Source: Malacoraja senta
Taxonomy: Eukaryota
Assembly (NCBI GenBank): GCA_038087875.1
Contig: CM075997.1
Location: 6,450,001 to 6,514,000 of the forward strand
Length of the DNA stretch: 64,000 nucleotides
Direction of reading: 5' to 3'
Below are positions 12,396-24,402 of this stretch, piece by piece. Position numbers and translations under genes: made by a program. The notes under the pieces were generated by a model. The model was not told the DNA's origin, did no database searches, and worked only from the letters and a program-made list of their open reading frames with translations. The first letter of the stretch is position 1, and every line of letters starts with the position of its first letter.

Positions 12396-12464
12396 TGAGT
12401 ATATGGCAATAAAACTCGATCTCTTGATTTTGAAGCATTCATGCATGGTGGAGGTATAATGTAG

Positions 12465-12690
12465 TCATAGAGTGATACAGTGTGAAAACAGGCCCTTTGG
12501 CGCAACTTGCCCACACCCACCAACATGTCCCAGCTACACTACCTGCTTTTGGTCCATACCTCCAAACCTGTCCTATCCATGTATCAGTCTAACTGTTTCT
12601 TAAATGTTGGGATGGTCCCTGCCTCAACTACCTCCTCTGGCAGCTTGTTCCAAACACCCACCACCCTCTGTGTGGATAAAGTTACCCCTT
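12465..12690 (-). mobile_element. CR1-related LINE 3' fragment
   Basis: Reverse strand reads FIHTEGGGC..., 3'-end pattern typical of these LINE tails. Confidence 0.6.
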
Positions 12691-14594
12691 AAAAAGTTAC
12701 CTCTTAAAAATACTTCATACAAAAAACATTGAAATCCTACTTCTACAATGTACTAAAACGATTTTAATACATCAAATTTTAAAAAGTCCCTACCCTGGGA
12801 GGGGGGACACCCTTCTTCCACACCCTCTCCCCACTCGGTTGCTCCACTCCCTCACCGGGTACCCCCAAAGCCAAAGATCAGTGATCGCTCAGCCTCCCCA
12901 CTTTCAAAAACGCTCCGCGGCCCCTGGTTCAGATGGAGAGCACTGCCAGATGTGAGCGGGGAACTGAGGCCAGTTGTCCGTGATGTTTGGATCCCAATGC
13001 TCAGCGCTTCATGTTTCGGAGTTGGCTAATGTTATTGATTTGTAATTAGCCTGATTTGTAATTAGTTGACAAAACCTTAATTTATTAATCCGGAATATCC
13101 AGGGGTATGGGATAAGTGTAATATTAAATGACATGCAAGGTGTCAGGCTGTCTGTCACAACATACAGCCCTGATAACCCATTATTTCCTTCAGTTAAATA
13201 TTGAGAAGTTAGCACTAATGTCATTTGCCACTCAATTATTATGTTTGTTTACCTCACTGACTATTTCTAAACCCCCCCCCCCCCCCCCACCTCCCCAATT
13301 CCTTTGACAGGTTGAATAGGAATCTCATTGTTTTATTCATTGAACACGTAGATGAACATCCTCAAGGAGTGTAATCAGGTGGAAACTGATTCAGATGCGA
13401 TATTTAAGAGCTTGTTCAAAGAAGGGGCATATTTTAAAGGAGTGACAGAGATACTTGCAGGGGAATGTGTGAGGAGATTATTATTTGTCTTTAGTTATAG
13501 CTTGAACTAGGACATCTGAAGATTCAAAGTATAATATAGTAATTGTCCTGATACTGACCCCAACCAACCACGTAATGAATATCATCCATTCCGGAGGTTT
13601 TACTTTTATGATGCCATTTAAACTTCACTTGGATTTCAATCACTTCAATATAGAAGTAATTGGGAATGGGGAGCATTGGAACAAAAATTAGCCCTCGGTA
13701 CATATTAACTGTAATGTAATAATGTATGCATTTGGTAGGTGCAATCAAAACAAAGATCTTTTTATCATTGTTGTGTTATGAATACCACAGAAAATATTAT
13801 GTACTCTCAAGATCACATTTAGTAGAATAATATTGCTTAAATATATAGTTATTGGACTTTGCATTTCGGAAAAGTCCCAGCTGAGAGGAAGACAGCAAAA
13901 TACTGAAAATATTGGGGGTGAAAATGACTTCAGGACAGTCTGTTACGAAAATGAAAGAAATGGTATCAGAATACCTGTACAGCTGAGTGAGTATAATTTT
14001 ATGGATGATAAATTGTGTTCAACCAATTGATAACTTCTTTGACAAAGTGACTAGCATGTTAGACAACAAGGAAGCAAATTTTGTGATCCATAATTTGGTC
14101 TGTGAATGCCCCATAAAGGATTACTGCATTAGATAAGCACCTGTGGACTTGAACGTAATAGGTTAAGTCCAGGGGGTCAGATATGGGGCTTTATGTGTGG
14201 GCCAAATATATTGTCAGTGCAGAGGGGCTAGGAGCAAGGCCAATTGTGCATCCAGAGTCAAGGTCTGGAATAGTACTAGGATGCAGTCAAAGCTGGGACC
14301 AGGGGAGTGTTCAGCACTGGGAAGCTAAGCAGGTAAGCAGCTATGATCAGGGTAGAATAGGTGGCCAGGTGTAAGTCTGGACTCAGGAACAGGAATGAGA
14401 GAAGGTATGCAACTGGAGTCAGGGCCAGGAGTAGAACCCGGTGTGCAGTGAGACCCACGGTCAACATGGGCCGTGTTTGATTATAATCTGATTTCCATAC
14501 ATGAATATACTAAGATCAGTCATGTGCTGCACGTGTTGATCAGAGCCTGGGCTCTACTGTGGAATGTAATTTAGACTAACCTTATTCATAGCTA

Positions 14595-15685
14595 ATCATA
14601 GAAACATAGAAAATTGGCCCTTCGAGCCTTCATGGCTGATCATCCCACTCAGTATCCTGTACCTGCCTTCTCTACATACCCCCTGATCCCTTTAGCCACA
14701 AGGGCCACATCTAACTCCCTCTTAAATATAGCCAATGAACTGGCCTCAACTACCCTCTGTGGCAGACAGTTCCAGAGATTCACCACTCTCTGTGTGAAAA
14801 AGTTTTTCCTCATCTCGGTCTTAAAGGATTTCCCCCTTATCCTTAAGCTGTGACCCCTTGTCCTGGACTTCCCCAACATTGGGAACAATCTTCCTGCATC
14901 TAGCCTCTCCAACCCCATAAGAATTTTGTAAGTTTCTATAAGATCCCCCCTCAATCTTCTAAATTCTAGCGAGTACAAGCCGAGTCTATCCAGTCTTTCT
15001 TCATATGAAAGTCCTGCCATCCCAGGAATCAGTCTGGTGAACCTTCTCGGTACTCCCTCTATGACAAGAATGTATTTCCTCAGATTAGGAGACCAAAACT
15101 GTACGCAATACTCCAGGTGTGGCCTCATCAAGACCCTGTACAACTGCAGTAGAACCTCCCTGCTCTTATACTCAAATCCTTTTGCTATGAATGCTAACAT
15201 ACCATTCGCTTTCTTCACTGCCTGCTGCACCTGCATGCCTACTTTCAATGACTGGTGTACCATGACACCCAGGTCTCGTTGCATCTCCCCTTTTCCTAAT
15301 CGGCCACCATTCAGATAATAGTCTACTTTCCTGTTTTTGCCACCAAAGTGAATAACCTCACATTTATCCACATTATACTGCATCTGCCATGCATTTGCCC
15401 ACTCACCCAACCTATCCAAGTCACCTTGCAGCCTCCTAGCATCCTCCTCACAGTTAACACTGCCCCCCAACTTCGTGTCATCCGCAAACTTGGAGATGTT
15501 GCATTCAATTCCCTCATCCAGTTCATTAATATATATTGTAAATAGCTGGGGTCCCAGCACTGAGCCTTGCGGTACTCCACTAGTCACTGCCTGCCATTCT
15601 GAAAAGGACCCGTTTACTCCTACTCTTTGCTTCCTGTCTGCCAGCCAGTTCTCTATCCACATCAATACTGAACCCCCAATACCCC
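14595..15685 (-). mobile_element. CR1 LINE, 5'-truncated, with an open 354-aa RT C-terminal frame
   Basis: ORF 14649-15713 containing GVPQGSVLGP, KFADDTKLG, RPHLEYCVQFW. Confidence 0.95.
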
Positions 15686-16163
15686 AATCCAATTTAAAGC
15701 ATATATATTGCATTCAAGTGTAAGTTAAAAGACTCGCTACAGTATGCACCATATTGCACAATTTGAAGCTGAAAAATGCAACAGCTCCGTAGCAATGGGA
15801 GGGGGGACACCCTCCTCCCCCCCGGTCGCTACGCTCCCTCGGGCTTGGTCTCTCGCAATTTCTCACTCCCAACTCTCACCCAATGTTGGCAGCCCTGGCC
15901 ATAACCTCTCGTTTAATTCCACCAGTTCATTGCTCAGCTTTCCAAGCTACAGGGGAAACAAGCCTGTACAGTTCCAGTCCTTCCACCACAACTTCCATCA
16001 GCAAGCAACTTTTAAAATGTAAAGATTTAAAAGAGCAGAGCGATGTAGAGACAAAGAACTGCCGATGCTGGTTGATAGCAAACACAAAGTGCTGCAGTAA
16101 CTCAGCGGGTTGGACATTGATCCTTTAACAAAGTCCAGTTAAATTTGAAAGCGTAAAAGTCAT

Positions 16164-16232
16164 CTCCACATTGGGGAATTGAACCCTGGTCTCCCGTGTG
16201 ACAGGGGATACTAATCACTATACTAATGAAGA
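16164..16232 (-). pseudogene. tRNA-Asp pseudogene
   Basis: Homologous to 5683-5754 with a 3-nt anticodon-arm deletion and acceptor-stem mismatches. Confidence 0.88.
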
Positions 16233-16665
16233 ACTGATGTACAGGGAATCTATCCTTCACAGGTCAGCGTACGGGAGTGTTTGCAAGGCCGCCTGGATGT
16301 GCGTTCGTGGATTGTCGGGTTTTCGAAACACTCTTCTCATTGACTGATCTCATTTTGCCCCAAATGCGTGTTTTTTTAAGGGACATTTATAATCAATATC
16401 CAGAGGATGATGTGAGATGCAGGAAAGATGTGTAGCTCATCAACTATTACTACTGCAGAAGTCTAATCTGATCCTGGGTGAAGATTCACAGGGTGTTGTG
16501 TGACTCTTTTTTATGCACCTCCATTGGTTGGATTATTAGAACATTGTGAATGAAATTAAAACTGCAGCCAAGTGAGAATGATCCATCAGAACCAATGTAG
16601 GTTCCATTGATCAAGTCACAGCTCTGGAGACCACTGAGTACGTTAATCGCCTATTCTCTTATGCA

Positions 16666-16737
16666 GCGATGGTGGTATAGTGGTGAGCATAGCTGCCTTC
16701 CAAGCAGTTGACCCGGGTTAGATTCCCGGCCATCGCA
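16666..16737 (+). tRNA. tRNA-Gly(TCC) with a C56A B-box mutation, possibly silent
   Basis: Full 72-nt sequence; T-loop reads TTAGATT instead of TTCGATT. Confidence 0.8.
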
Positions 16738-17216
16738 ATTTCAATAATTTTAATTGCATCAATTGCATCCAAGAGAATTTTCAAGTGAATGCCTTGAATT
16801 TATAACAGAAGCTTCCCTCCACAGGAAAACATGTATGTTTGGTGCCCTCTATATGATATTTGTACTATTGGAGGACAAAATTAATACACTCTCCAAAATT
16901 AAACACATACACCATAAACCATGTTTAAGGACAAGTCATGTAGTCATCCCACAGGGGGAACCTGTACCCAACATCTTTGAGTGGTCCTCATTCTGAAACA
17001 GAGCAAATACTCAGGTAACAGGAAACTTCTTGATGTGGGAGTCAATACATAGAGTATAGAAAATAATGCAGCACTGGAGCAGGCCCTTTTGTCCACACAA
17101 TGTCCGTACCAAACATGATGCCAAATTAACGTAACCTCTGCTTGCATATCAACAGCGGAAAGAAGCCTGCACAGTCCTTCCACCACAACATCCATCAGCA
17201 AGCACCTTTTAAGATG

Positions 17217-17410
17217 TTTGTGTTCACAAAATGGATTGGTTGTCAAGTGGATGCTGCCAAATTGTTTGCCTCGCCTTTTAAAAAGTTTGTGTTCACAAAA
17301 TAGATTGGTTGTCAAGTGGCTGCTGCCAAATTGTTTGCCTCGCCTTTTAAAAAGTTTGTGTTCACAAAATGGATTGGTTGTCAAGTGGCTGCCACCAAAT
17401 TGTTTGCCTT
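17217..17410. repeat. 69-bp tandem repeat, ~2.8 copies
   Basis: TTTGTGTTCACAAAAT recurs at 17217, 17286 and 17355. Confidence 0.9.
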
Positions 17411-17822
17411 GGCTTGGTTTTTCAAATCGTTGCAACAGGTTTTGGATGGATAAAGCGTGAATAAACATTTTATTAGATCAGGACTGTGTTTAATTGCAAA
17501 ATTGGCGCTCATTCCGTGACTTCCGCTTAGTGGCAAGATGGCGCCGATGATGTCATTTCCGGTTAGCGTCAAGATGGCACTGACTGCGTCATTTCTGGTT
17601 CGTGGCAAGATGGCGCTGACTGCAGAAGGCACAGTGAAGACGTCGTTGAATAATTCAAGAGAGCTTACTGCTCTGTCTATGGTGAGTGTGTTTGTTGGAC
17701 GTTATTTAAAGCACGTTTTTGCTTCAGCAGCCGCCTCTGTGGGAGGCTTTAAACGTTTGAATCATTCGGTTTACACACTATGTTTACCACGTTCTGAAGT
17801 TACTTGGCATTTTCGTATTGCT

Positions 17823-18080
17823 TGTGAGTGTGTGTGGGTCTGTGTGAGTGACTCTGTCTGGTGTGTATATGTGTGTGTGTATGCATATGTGTGTGTGAGT
17901 GTGTGAGAGTGTCTGTGTATGTGTGTGTGTGTGTGTGAGTGTGTGTGTGTGTGTGAGTGTGTGTGTGTGTGTGTCTGTGTGTGTATGTGTGTGTGTGTCT
18001 GAGAGTCTGTGTGTGTCCGAGAGTCTGTGTCTGTGTATGTGTGTGTGAGTATCTATGTGAGGTGGAGGGTGTGTGTGTGA
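17823..18080. repeat. Imperfect (GT)n microsatellite
   Basis: Directly visible. Confidence 0.9.
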
Positions 18081-18785
18081 TCAACAAATAACATATAGTA
18101 CAAATAATATAGTCATTCGTAGTTCAGAGCGTATTCATTATGTTTAATAGCCTGATGGCTGTCAGGAAGAGGCTGTTCCTCAACGTGGATGTTACAGTTT
18201 TCAGTTTACAAAAGTCAGACGTGACTCCAGAAGTCGGGCATAAGTCAGTCAGTCCACAAGCTGTGATTCAGTCTGTCAGTCCAGAGGCCATGAGTGAGTC
18301 AGTCAGTCCAGAGACCATGAGTTAGTCCCAAGGCAGTGAGTCCAGAGGCCATGAGTGGGTCACTCACTGCCACCCCCCCCCCCCACACTGGCATCCCCAC
18401 CTCAAGACGCTGCCCTCCGCCTGGCTATAGGATTCTCCCCCTCCTGAAGCCGCCCCCATCCCCCGCTGCAGGACACCCCCTCCCTCATTAGCCCACGAGA
18501 CCCCCGCCTCAAGCCGTCCCCCTCCCTCGGCTGCAGGACGTTTGCCACCCCCGGGGTGGAAGATTGCAACCTTCACGTGGTCTACCCTGTTTCGACTAAT
18601 GCAATCAACTCGATGTGCACAAACAGAAGATCAAATAGAACAAGTTGTCCCACAACTTTAGGCTGTGCACGCCACACGAAAGAAGAAGAAGCCACCCCCC
18701 ACCCCACCCCGACAACCCCGCCTCAAAAAAATGTTTTGCACTGAGTCCAGAGGATTGAGAATTACAACAAATTACAACCGTTCAA

Positions 18786-19725
18786 TCTCTCTATATTAAA
18801 ATTTTCTCTTTTTTTTAATCAACAGCAAATAGCCATCAAGAGGCAGTGAGCAGCAGAACACAACAAGAGACACAACAAGAAATAACTTAATAATTCTCAT
18901 CTTTAACATTTAAATTGTTCTTATATTTTAAGAGTAATTCACAATTTAAACTTTAATAAATCCTTTTTCCACTTTTCATGCCTACGGGTTCTTCATCACA
19001 ATGGGAACCTAAAAGGCAGGAATGGCTGCTCTGTGGGAGAACCGCTAAGAGTCCATGGGGGGAGGTTGTGGGGAGATGCACTGAATGCGTGGGGGGGAGG
19101 GGAGTGGCAAGGAGCAGTGGGGGGGGGGGGATGAAGGGAGGAGGGGTGACTGAATGAACAGCCAGCCGTGAGTGACTGCACTGCCAGCCCACCAGCCATG
19201 TGTAAGTGAACTGCCAGTTCACCAGCTGTAAGTGACTGAACTGCCAGCCCAGCAGCCGTGAGTGACTGCACTGCCAGCCCTCTAGCTGTAAGTGACTGCA
19301 CTGCCAGCCTGCCAGCCCACTAGCCCTGAGTAAGTGAACTGCCAGCCATCCAGCAATGACTCACTGAACTGCCAGCCCAATAATCCATTCAGTCTACCCT
19401 CTCCCCGTTCTCTCTCACAGAGTCTGTCACCTGTTTTGGGCACAATTTCTGGCAGTTTCTCAGCTGCCAGCCTGCCAGGTCTGAGTGACTGTACTGCCTG
19501 GCCTCAGTGACTGAGCTGCCAGCCCAAGAATCCATTCGGCCCACAAACCATACTAGCCCTCTGGAAACCAGTACCTTCAGCCCAGAACACCCATACTAGC
19601 GCAACAGAAAGCCCCCCCCCCCTCCCACAGGCCAGCAATATTGGAATTGGTGGAGAGGTGGAATATTGCGTTGGGTGACCAGTCCTCCCGTGTGATGCTG
19701 GGACCCAACGGGTCCCACAGTCTAG
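18786..19725 (+). mobile_element. Non-autonomous Helitron on + strand; 5' limit uncertain
   Basis: A|TCTCTCTATATTAAAA start; GGGACCCAACGGGTCCC hairpin then CTAG|T; internal ~33-36-bp repeats at 19165-19380. Confidence 0.72.
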
Positions 19726-20492
19726 TTTTAATATAAAATTGCATACATGTAAGCCTACAAGCAACAAACAAAATGTGTAGATCACCTCTGAAAAGTACAT
19801 TGTTACAATACCACTTGTTTTAGTGACTGATAAATGAAGAAAAAAAATTTAATTAACTAGATCCTGGTAAACCAATAACTATTGGCGAAAAAACAGTCCA
19901 GGCATTAAATTTTGGGCTTCAGCCCCATTCTACCCTTTGGGCTACTACCCCATCCTAACTTAGTTGTGTGTGTGTGTTGGTTGTGTGTGTGTTAGTTGTC
20001 TGTGCATGATGTGTGTGTCTTAGTTGTATGTGCGTTACGTGTGTGTGTGTGTGGGAGGGAAGGAGAGAAGCGAGGGAGGGAGAGAAAGGTGGAAGGAGAG
20101 AAGGAAGTAGAGAAAGAAGGGAGGGAGGGAAGGAGAGAAGGGAAAAGAGAGAGAGGAAGGATGGAGGGAAGAAGGGAGGGAGGGACGAAGGGAAGGGAGG
20201 GAGGGAAGGGAAGGAGAGAAGGGAGGGAGCGGATGCCGGGGTCCGGGCGGACGGGTGTGAGCTGAGGCCAAGGTTTGTATACGTTGCTCCAACCTCCGGC
20301 CCGGCCCTCCCTGTATTGTTCACCTACCCCTTTCTTCCCGCTCCACCCCCCTATTCTCTCTCCACCCCTCTCTCCCCTCCTCCACCCGGGGATGATCTAC
20401 CCAAACCGAGAGTAGATTACTCTAGCACATGGCCCCTGAGGCGCGGGGCCCAATTGGGAGCAATTGGTCCAATTGGCTTAAGGCCGGCCCTG
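19726..20492 (+). mobile_element. hAT-type MITE, left-truncated copy
   Basis: Homologous to 21902-22838; ends TAAGGCCGGCCCTG followed by TCGTTGAT. Confidence 0.85.
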
Positions 20493-20854
20493 TCGTTGAT
20501 TGTCGGGATTTCGAAACGCTCTTCTCTTTAACCAATCTCATTTTGCCCCAACTGCGTGTTTTTTTTAAGGGACATTTATAATGAATATCCAGAGGATGAT
20601 GTGAGATGCAGGAAAGATTTGTAGCTCATCAACTATTACTACTGCAGAAGTCTAATCTGATCCTGGGTGAAGATTGACAGGGTGTTGTGTAACTCTTTTT
20701 TGTGCACCTCGATCGGCTGGACGATGAGAGTATTGTGAATGAAATTAAGTCTTCAGCAAAGTGAGAATGATCTGTCAGAAGCAATGTAGGTTCCATTGAT
20801 CAAGTCACAGCTCTGGAGACCACTGAGGATGTTAATCGCCTTTTCTCTTCTGCA

Positions 20855-20926
20855 GCGATGGTGGTATAGTGGTGAGCATAGCTGCCTTCCAAGCAGTTGA
20901 CCCAGGTTTGATTCCCGGCCATTGCA
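20855..20926 (+). pseudogene. tRNA-Gly(TCC), probable pseudogene
   Basis: T-stem G>A, T-loop C56T and C70T changes, all CpG-type transitions. Confidence 0.8.
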
Positions 20927-21599
20927 ATTCGAATAATTTTAATTGCATCAAATGCATCCAAGAGAATTTTCAAGTGAATGCCTTGAATTTATAACAAAAG
21001 CTTCCCACTAAAGGAAAACATGTCTGTTTGTTTCCCTCTATGATATTTACACTATTGGAGGACACAATTAATACACTCTCCAAAATTAAACACATACACC
21101 AGAAACCATTTTTAAGGACTAGTCATGTAGTCATCCCACAGGGGGAACCTGTACCCAACATCTCTGAATGGTCCTCATTCTGAAACAGAGCAAATACTCA
21201 GGTAAAAGGAAACCTCTCGATGTGGGAGTCAATACATAGAGTATAGAAAATAATGCAGCACTGGAGCAGGCCCTTTTGTCCACACAATGTCCGTACCAAA
21301 CAGAATGCCAAATTAACGTAACCTCTGCTTGCATATCAACAGCGGAAACAAGCCTGCACAGTTCCAGTTCTTCCACCACAACTTCCATCAGCAAGCACCT
21401 TTTAAAATGTAAAGATTTATAAGAGCAGAGCGATTATATCGGATGAAGCAGATCTCCAGGTTGCAGAGTCTGGCTACTATGTAGAGACAAAGAACTGCTG
21501 ATGCTGGTTGATAGCAAACACAAAGTGCTGCAGTAACTCAGCGGGTTGGACATTGATGCTTTAACAAAGTCCAGTTAAATTTGAAAGCGTAAAAGTCAT

Positions 21600-21668
21600 T
21601 TCCACATTGGGGAATTGAACCCCGGTCTGCCGTGTGACAAGGGATACTAACCACTATACTAACGAAGA
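21600..21668 (-). pseudogene. tRNA-Asp pseudogene
   Basis: Carries the same 3-nt deletion as 16164-16232. Confidence 0.88.
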
Positions 21669-21743
21669 ACTGATGTACAGGGAATCTACCATTCACAGGT
21701 CAGCGTACTGTTTGCAAGGCCGTCTGGATGTGTGTTCGTTGAT

Positions 21744-22838
21744 CAGGGCCGGCCTTAGGAAGTGCGGGGCCCATTTGGGAACAATTTTGGTGAGCCCCAG
21801 GTTCCCAGCCAAGGTGTGTAGAATCATAGAAATATAATTCATGTTATAAATAAAGTCTATTAAAGCCTGCGAGTTAATGGACCAAACAGCTCTAAGCTAC
21901 ATTTTAATATAAAATTGCATACATGTAAGCCTACAAGTAACAAACAAAATGTGTAGATCACCTCTGAAAAGTACATAGTTACAATACCACTTGTTTTAGT
22001 GACTGTGAAATGAAAAAACAAAAATTTAATTAACTAGATCCTGGAAAACCAATAACTATTGGCGAAAAACCAGTCCAGGCATTAAATTTTGGGCTTCAGC
22101 CCCATCCTACCCTTTGGGCTTCTACCCCATCCTAACTTCGTTGTGTGTGTGTGTGTTAGTTGTCTCTGCGTGGTGTGTGTGTGTGTGTTAGTTGTGTGTG
22201 CGTGATGTGTGTGTGTTCGTTGTCTGTGCGTTACGTGTGTATGTGTGGGAGGGAAGGAGAGAAGCGAGGGAGGGAGAGAAAGGCGGAAGGAGAGAAGGGA
22301 GTGAGGGAAGTAGAGAAAGGAGGGAGGGAAGGAGAGAAAGAAGGGAGGGAGGGAAGGAGAGAAGGGAAAAGAGAGAGAGGAAGGAGGGAGGGAAGGAGAG
22401 AAGGGAGGGAGGGACGAAGGGAATGGAGGGAGGGAAGGGAGAGAGTGGATGCCGGGGTCCGGGTGTGAGCTGAGGCCGAGGTTTGTAAACGTTGCTCCAA
22501 CCCCTGGCCCGGCCCTTCCTGTATTGTTCACCGCGTCTCCCCGGGTAGAGGGGTGGAGCCGGGGCTGTGTGCGTGAAGCATGGTGACTGGATGGGCGGGA
22601 GAGCTGCCCCGGGACCGTGAGGGAACGATCCCCTCTCCCCTTCTCCATTCCCTCACAACCCCCTCCCCATCTATCCCTTTCTTCCCCCACCACCCCCCTA
22701 CTCTCTCTCCACCCCTCTTCCCCCCTCCACCCGTGGTTGATCTACTCGAGCCGAGAGTAGATTACTCTAGCGCAGGTCCCCCTGAGGCACGGGGCCCAAT
22801 TGGGAGCAATTGGTCCAATTGGCTTAAGGCCGGCCCTG
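21744..22838 (+). mobile_element. hAT-type MITE, complete
   Basis: Perfect 14-bp TIR CAGGGCCGGCCTTA; perfect 8-bp TSD TCGTTGAT (21736-21743, 22839-22846); empty site visible near 16305. Confidence 0.92.
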
Positions 22839-22937
22839 TCGTTGATTGTCGGGTTTTCGAAACGCTCTTCTCATTTTGCCGCAACTGCGTGTTTTTTTTA
22901 AGGGACATTTATAATCAATATCCAGAGGATGATGTGA

Positions 22938-24074
22938 ATAGAATAGAATGCCATTTTATTGTCACTATACACATGTACAATGAGATTAAAAGCAGCTCGT
23001 ACTCATTGCAGACATGTAATTAGTTCAAAAAACAAAAAAACAAAACAAAAGGGGGGGGGGGGGGTGGGGATAAGGTGCACAGCTCTGCGGCGCTATATAC
23101 ATATCTATAAAAAGACAATGGGTGAATAGAGTGAATAAATAGGATTCCTATATACAGTATGGGTTATTGCACATATTAAAAATTACAGTTACAGTACAAA
23201 TTACAGTAGGTGGATAGATGGAAGTCCGGGGGTTAAGCTGCGAAGTCAGTGCATGTGTGAGTTCAGAGAGGATATGGCTTTTGGAAAGCAACTGTTCTTG
23301 AGTCTATTTTTCCTTGTTCTGATGCACCTATAGCGCCTCCCTGAGGGCAGCAGGTCGAACAGGCCAAATGCAGGATGGGAGCTGTTCTTGATGATGTTCT
23401 TTGCCCTGCTGAGGCAGCGGGAGGTGTAAATGTCCATCAGGGAGGGGAGAGGGCAGCCAATGATCTTCTGTGCTGCCCTAACTACCCTCTGGAGCCTCTC
23501 CCTGTCTGCCATGGTGCAGCTGCCGTACCATGCTGTAATGCAGTATGTAAGCAGGCTCTCAATGGACGAGCGGTAGAAGGTCAGCAGCAGGTTGGAGTCC
23601 AGGTTGTACTTCCTGAGGACCCTCAGGAAGTGCAGCCGCTGCTGAGCCTTCTTGATGATCGCTATGATGTTGTCTGTCCAAGAGATGTCAGCGAAGATGA
23701 GGACGCTGAGAAACCGGAAGATGTAGACCCTCTCCACACACTCGCCGTTGATGCATAGGGGGGCTAAGTCGGTGCTGTGCCTCCTGAGGTCGACAATGAG
23801 CTCTTTTGTTTTCTTGGTGTTCAGAGCCAAGTTGTTTTCTGAGCACCAGGCTGTCAACTTCAGGACTTCCTCTCTATAGGCTGCCTCTTCTCCCCTTGAG
23901 ATGAGTCCGACTACTGTAGTGTCGTCAGCAAACTTGATGATGCGGTTGTTGTTGTGGGCCGGACTACAGTCGTGGGTGTAGACAGTATAGGAGGGGGCTT
24001 AGCACACAGCCCTGTGGGGAGCCGGTACTCAACATGCGAGTGGAGGAGAGGTGGGGGCCGAGGTGGGGGCCTGC
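22938..24074 (-). mobile_element. Rex1/Babar-clade LINE, 5'-truncated
   Basis: GSPQGCVLSP, KFADDTTVVG, WCSENNLALNTKKTKELIVD, KKAQQRLHFLRVL; (ATTCT)n tail; TSD ATGTGA at 22932-22937 and 24075-24080. Confidence 0.92.
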
Positions 24075-24330
24075 ATGTGAGATGCAGGAAAGATTTGTAG
24101 CTCATCAACTATTACTACTGCAGGAGTCTAACCTGATCCTGGGTGAAGATTCACAGGGTGTTGAGTACCTCTTTTTTGTGCACCTCCACCGGCTGGACGA
24201 TGAGAGTATTGTGAATGAAATTAAAACTGCATCAAAGTGAGAATGATCCGTCAGAAGCAATGTAGGTTCGATTGATCAAGTCACAGCTCTGGAGACCACT
24301 GAGGACGTTAATTGCCTTTTCTCTTATGCG

Positions 24331-24402
24331 GCGATGGTGGTATAGTGGTGAGCATAGCTGCCTTCCAAGCAGTTGACCCGGGTTCGATTCCTGGCCATTG
24401 CA
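24331..24402 (+). tRNA. tRNA-Gly(TCC) variant with G3:U70 and G51:U63 wobble pairs
   Basis: Intact A and B boxes (GGTTCGATTCC); 3' end CCATTGCA. Confidence 0.82.

Larger units (their letters stand above)
9886..15897. mobile_element. ~6-kb hAT-type non-autonomous element with captured host sequence
   Basis: 13-bp TIR CAGGGCTGCCAAC / GTTGGCAGCCCTG; direct repeat GCCATAA(C) at 9879-9886 and 15898-15905; left arm duplicated at 11578. Confidence 0.72.

Noticed and set aside
12930..14590. Downstream TDP2 exons, e.g. after the acceptor-like TTTGACAG near 13310
   Set aside because: An in-frame stop follows immediately and no TDP2 catalytic motifs were found.
17217..17410. CRISPR-like array (also 31762-31925 and 44230-44760)
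   Set aside because: Contiguous tandem repeats without unique spacers, in a eukaryotic context with no cas genes.
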